Both the position numbers and the translations under genes were made by a program. From Eubacteriales bacterium (GTDB lineage: Bacteria; Bacillota; Clostridia; Oscillospirales; CAG-272): a stretch of DNA of 64,000 bases. The stretch spans positions 13,606 through 77,605 of the forward strand of contig JAZKYO010000100.1 in NCBI GenBank assembly GCA_045612185.1, read 5' to 3'. The notes below the pieces were generated by a model. The model ran no database searches and was not told the DNA's origin. It saw only the letters and a program-made list of their open reading frames with translations. Below, one piece after another: positions 60,731 to 64,000 of the stretch; positions within the stretch are counted from its first letter, which is position 1; each line of letters begins with the position of its first letter.

Positions 60731-60940
60731 GTGGAAAAGTACATACTACGGTCAAGCGAAGTCGTAGATGAAGAAGAACACACCCATACCGTGTACGGAA
60801 TAGACGTTCCAACGGAACATATATCTATCCCCGACATATTCACCGACCGCGCCACAGCCGTAAAGTTTGTAAACACCTGCAACGAATTGGAATTATCAAC
60901 GATACACATCTATGACGTTATCGAAGATGTGCTCGCGTAA
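60731..60940 (+). CDS. DUF6514-like small protein
   Basis: YGI...IPDIFTD...FV..CNELELSTIHIYDVIED; terminator at 60942-60971. Confidence 0.7.
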   Translation: MEKYILRSSEVVDEEEHTHTVYGIDVPTEHISIPDIFTDRATAVKFVNTCNELELSTIHIYDVIEDVLA

Positions 60941-61204
60941 GAATCCCCGCCCTCACGGGCGGGGATTTTTTCATTTAACCTTGTACCCGCTGTACTCCAA
61001 GAGTGCCTGCTTTTCAGCCTTTGACAGAGACAAACCGTTAATATAAGTTTTAACCAAAGCCTCGCCGTTCTTGTTTGTATAGCCGAGATAGCCGAGTAAA
61101 AAAACAATTTAGGGCAATTTAAAACAATCGTATCATATTATTATTGACTTTATATTTCTTCCAAAAGCACCAAAACTACTCAAAAACAATCTAAATAAAT
61201 CGTG

Positions 61205-61228
61205 TAATGGGTAAAATAATGGGTAAAA
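61205..61228 (+). repeat. Tandem 12-bp repeat resembling integrase arm-type sites
   Basis: TAATGGGTAAAA x2. Confidence 0.6.
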
Positions 61229-61635
61229 CTTCCGCCCACGTGGACAAGCTGACAGCTCCCCTCTCTGAGGTGGTGAAAAATCGCACTTTGGTCGCCCATC
61301 AGAACCGACGTTCTCCGCGTGCCCTCTCCCCCTCTCGGAGAGCCAAAGCGGCAAAGGTCAGCAAAACGCATTAGATTGTTTTAGATTGTCTATCGCATTT
61401 TTCCCTCTCGTTTTTGCACGTCGAAAAGATAACCGATTAAAATTTAAACGCTCCTCTCGCACGCGAGAACACCCCTACAATGCGATTTCTTGAAGGGGGT
61501 GGACTGCTACACCTATCGCGTGCGCACGAGTAGGGCGTTTTAGGGGCATTGTGAGCGATTTCGAAAAATCCAACAGAAAAGACGGAGACCTCTCGCGGTT
61601 CTCCGTCTGCTTTTTTCGATTTTCTTCTGCTGCTC

Positions 61636-61664
61636 TTGACAAGCTCCCCACGTTGTGATATACT
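61636..61664 (+). promoter_or_regulatory. Sigma-A promoter of the type I toxin mRNA
   Basis: TTGACA-17-TATACT with TG extension. Confidence 0.8.
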
Positions 61665-61803
61665 AACCTCGGCAGTAATGCCCGGGGGACACCAAAACGG
61701 TGGCGGTACGCTCCTTTCATTCCGGAAGGGGTTCTTGCTCCTTCCGAGTTTATCCAGGAAGGAGTGGTGCCTATGACCTATCATTCGCACCTTGTTTTAA
61801 GTC

Positions 61804-61881
61804 GTGGTTACTTACGAAACGCTTTTCGCGTTCGCTATGGTACTTATCGCGCTTGCGGCTCTCTTTATGAATCGCAAGTAA
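61804..61881 (+). CDS. Putative type I (holin-like) toxin peptide, 25 aa
   Basis: (M)VTYETLFAFAMVLIALAALFMNRK: single TM helix plus basic tail; absent from the ORF track. Confidence 0.65.
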   Translation: MVTYETLFAFAMVLIALAALFMNRK

Positions 61882-61882
61882 A

Positions 61883-61967
61883 ACAAAAAGAAAACCGCCT
61901 GACTCTCACATAAGGCGGTTTTCTTAATCGCAATTTTGGGAGCGCACCGTCATCGGTGTCCCTCGTC
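61883..61967 (-). ncRNA. Putative antisense antitoxin RNA (~80 nt)
   Basis: Perfect minus-strand TTGACA-17-TATAAT (61974-62002) and a terminator hairpin at 61888-61925. Confidence 0.7.
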
Positions 61968-62112
61968 ACTGTCATTATACACCACCTGCGCCGAAATGTC
62001 AATAGGTTTGAGCAAACTTTTCGCACAGTTTATAACCGCGCGCCCACGTTCGCCCACTTGGGCCCACACACACGGTGCGCACACATGCACAAAATAAAGA
62101 ATCGGAGAGCCG

Positions 62113-62331
62113 TCACAGCTCCCCGTTTTCTTTTTTCTCGTTGTCGCGCGCGATAGCTTCATCTATCGCACGGTTAATAAACGCGTTTGTGCTTTCGCCT
62201 TGCGTTTCCGCGTGGCTTTTTATTATTTCCTTTTTACCCTTGGGGACTGTCAAATTCACACGGTCGTACTTTTCGGCTATAAAAGCGTTATTGTACTCGA
62301 TTTTATTGAACTTCTTTTTTTCGTCTGGCAT
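62113..62331 (-). CDS. Ribbon-helix-helix (Arc-like) DNA-binding protein
   Basis: YDRVNLTVPKGKKEIIK.HA...GESTNAFINRAIDE; AAGGAG RBS. Confidence 0.82.
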   Translation of the reverse strand: MPDEKKKFNKIEYNNAFIAEKYDRVNLTVPKGKKEIIKSHAETQGESTNAFINRAIDEAIARDNEKKENGEL

Positions 62332-62352
62332 AGTAAAAACCTCCTTGCATAC

Positions 62353-62458
62353 ATTATATCACAAGTTGGAGCTTTGCGCAATGTGCAAAATGTACAAAAT
62401 CATTGCGCAAAGTTTGTGCATTTTACCACTTGACGCATTGCGCAATGTGTGATATAAT
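62353..62458. promoter_or_regulatory. Divergent promoter pair with three TTGCGCAA operators
   Basis: Minus TTGCGC-17-TATAAT (62353-62381); plus TTGACG-17-TATAAT (62430-62458); palindromes at 62374, 62403 and 62438. Confidence 0.75.
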
Positions 62459-62527
62459 GGAGCCACGATAGACAAACGAGCAAAATCGAGTGTCATCGAA
62501 TCCAATCCGATGAAAGGTGGTGCAAAT

Positions 62528-62680
62528 ATGGCGGACTGCTTCACACCCAATACGCAGAGAGAGGATGATGTCGAGATGATGAGCGACAAGACACTCAAAC
62601 GTCTGATAGAGTATCTTAAATCTGTCGGCTGGTCTGACAGTCAGATAGTCGCACTTCTTGACTACATAGCCAAGAAGTAA
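62528..62680 (+). CDS. Small hypothetical protein (50 aa; absent from the ORF track)
   Basis: AAAGGTGG RBS; MADCFTPNTQREDDVEMMSDKTLKRLIEYLKSVGWSDSQIVALLDYIAKK. Confidence 0.6.
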   Translation: MADCFTPNTQREDDVEMMSDKTLKRLIEYLKSVGWSDSQIVALLDYIAKK

Positions 62681-62832
62681 AAAAGAAAGCCGTTCGGACA
62701 CCTACCACAGAACCCGAACGACTAAAGATGTGAGCTTGGGGGGAGCTTCCGCCGCCCCTCTCGCTTCTTCAGTTTAACACACACGGCGGAAAAAGTCAAT
62801 AGAAATTTTTAAAAAACTTGGAGGAATTTAAA

Positions 62833-63108
62833 ATGAGCACAAACGAAATGACAAGCAAAGTAAGAGAGTACAAGGAACTCAAAGCCCTTATGGAGCAGAT
62901 TCAGGGCGAGCTTACCGCCCTCGAGGACGAAATCAAGGCAGAAATGACCGCAAGAGACACCGAGGTCATGGACGTCGACGTCTACAAAATCAGATGGACT
63001 ACCGTCAACAGCAGCCGCCTTGACACCACCGCCCTTAAGAAGGCGCTCCCCGAGATAGCCGAGCAGTACACCAAGACCACCACCTGCCGCCGCTTCAGCA
63101 TAGCTTAA
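62833..63108 (+). CDS. Phage-type coiled-coil protein (resembles the C-terminal part of YqaJ-family proteins)
   Basis: GGAGG RBS; SSRLDTTALKKALPE...YTK.T..RRF. Confidence 0.65.
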   Translation: MSTNEMTSKVREYKELKALMEQIQGELTALEDEIKAEMTARDTEVMDVDVYKIRWTTVNSSRLDTTALKKALPEIAEQYTKTTTCRRFSIA

Positions 63109-63120
63109 GGGGGTGCAGAT

Positions 63121-63435
63121 ATGAAAATGACAGCAACACGTGAGGAGGTCCGCCAGGCGTTCCTGGTGGACGACCTCCACGAACATACACAGCGCGTCTT
63201 CAAAGACCTCTACAAAGAGACAGACAATGACCGCATGATAGAGATAACCGAAAAGGTCATAGACCTTGCAAACGAGCTTCCCGAGGAAGAACGCAACAGC
63301 GAACTGAAGCGCACCACATTCCTTTCCAAAGGCGCGTACATACTCGGCTACCTTGAGGCAGATTTGCACCGCAATATAGCAGCGCGCGAAGCCTTCAACG
63401 AGCTTTTCGGGGTTAAGGAAAGGGGGGAAGTGTGA
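63121..63435 (+). CDS. Hypothetical element protein
   Basis: ORF with RBS in a tightly packed operon. Confidence 0.7.
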   Translation: MKMTATREEVRQAFLVDDLHEHTQRVFKDLYKETDNDRMIEITEKVIDLANELPEEERNSELKRTTFLSKGAYILGYLEADLHRNIAAREAFNELFGVKERGEV

Positions 63436-63695
63436 TGTCTATATTAAACTCAAAAGACGAAGACGAAAGACTCACCGCCATACTGTTTTGCGACAGATTT
63501 GAAAAGCTCCTTGATAGAATCGGCAAAACCAAAAAAGGCGAGCAAGACCTAAATGATTTAAAAGAACTTGCCGCAGAACGGTATGGCATCCCCAAAAAAG
63601 CATTTCTTGCCGCAATGTTTGCTTTTTTCGCCTTCGGGGTTTACGATGGCATAGAAGTATCACGCAAACTTTTTAACGAACACACGGAGGAATAA
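63432..63695 (+). CDS. Hypothetical element protein
   Basis: Start overlaps the upstream stop codon. Confidence 0.7.
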   Translation: MMSILNSKDEDERLTAILFCDRFEKLLDRIGKTKKGEQDLNDLKELAAERYGIPKKAFLAAMFAFFAFGVYDGIEVSRKLFNEHTEE

Positions 63696-63698
63696 ACT

Positions 63699-63911
63699 AT
63701 GTCAATGACAACACTCGTAAATAAAGAAAAACTCGTTCTTAACGTCCAAGAACTCGCCGACGTTCTCGGCATATCCAAGCCCAACGCCTACGAGCTAACC
63801 CGCAAGAACGGCTTCCCCGCTATCCGCGTTTCCGAACGCCGCATCATTATCCCGGTCGACGGTCTTTGCCGTTGGCTTGAAGCGGAGGCACTGAACGGTA
63901 CACGTATATGA
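63699..63911 (+). CDS. Excisionase/AlpA-like HTH protein
   Basis: LNVQELADVLGISKPNAYEL....GFPAIRV..RRIII. Confidence 0.85.
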   Translation: MSMTTLVNKEKLVLNVQELADVLGISKPNAYELTRKNGFPAIRVSERRIIIPVDGLCRWLEAEALNGTRI

Positions 63912-64000
63912 GCAAGAACGCCAAGGGCTTTTGTATGTTCTTTGATTGGGTCGAGGATTTAGACCAGCTCGGCGACAGTGACGGAGCTTGGCAAATCGTC
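63908..64000 (+). CDS. 5' end of a phage-type replication protein (DUF6291-like N-terminus), truncated by window
   Basis: MSKNAKGFCMFFDWVEDLDQL...; follows the excisionase gene with overlapping stop/start. Confidence 0.55.
   Translation, partial: MSKNAKGFCMFFDWVEDLDQLGDSDGAWQIV

Larger units (their letters stand above)
59973..64000. mobile_element. Integrated element interrupting the ATPase gene (extends beyond the window); includes a phage-satellite-like module
   Basis: Abrupt truncation followed by XRE, DUF6514-like, type I TA, RHH, excisionase and replication-type genes. Confidence 0.8.

Overview
64 kb of a chromosome from a spore-forming Bacillota/Clostridia bacterium (it carries spo0A, ytfJ, a dacB-like gene and ytvI). 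The core content is an oxidative-stress cluster, lon-engB-scpAB-rluB-spo0A, a complete his operon, cysK and tRNA-Pro(GGG). Four accessory loci stand out. (1) A lipid operon combines fatty-acid kinase (FakA/FakB), a divergent PlsX, an ACP and a GNAT resembling bacterial ceramide synthase. (2) A tyrosine recombinase is followed by a ~270-bp segment bounded by 33-bp inverted repeats. The segment holds a sigma-A promoter that currently points away from a 14-kb SipW/TasA-CalY-type fibre operon, whose largest subunit ends in a Hedgehog-like Hint domain. This is best read as a phase-variable pilus system captured in the OFF state. (3) A 3.3-kb restriction-modification cassette with no recombinase sits in the loop of the spo0A terminator between attL/attR-like sites. 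(4) A P-type ATPase gene with a sigma-E-like promoter is cut at its PEGL motif by an integrated element that runs off the window end (skin-like candidate). That element contains a phage-satellite-like module and a type I toxin-antitoxin locus. All calls come from reading motifs by eye; no database searches were run.
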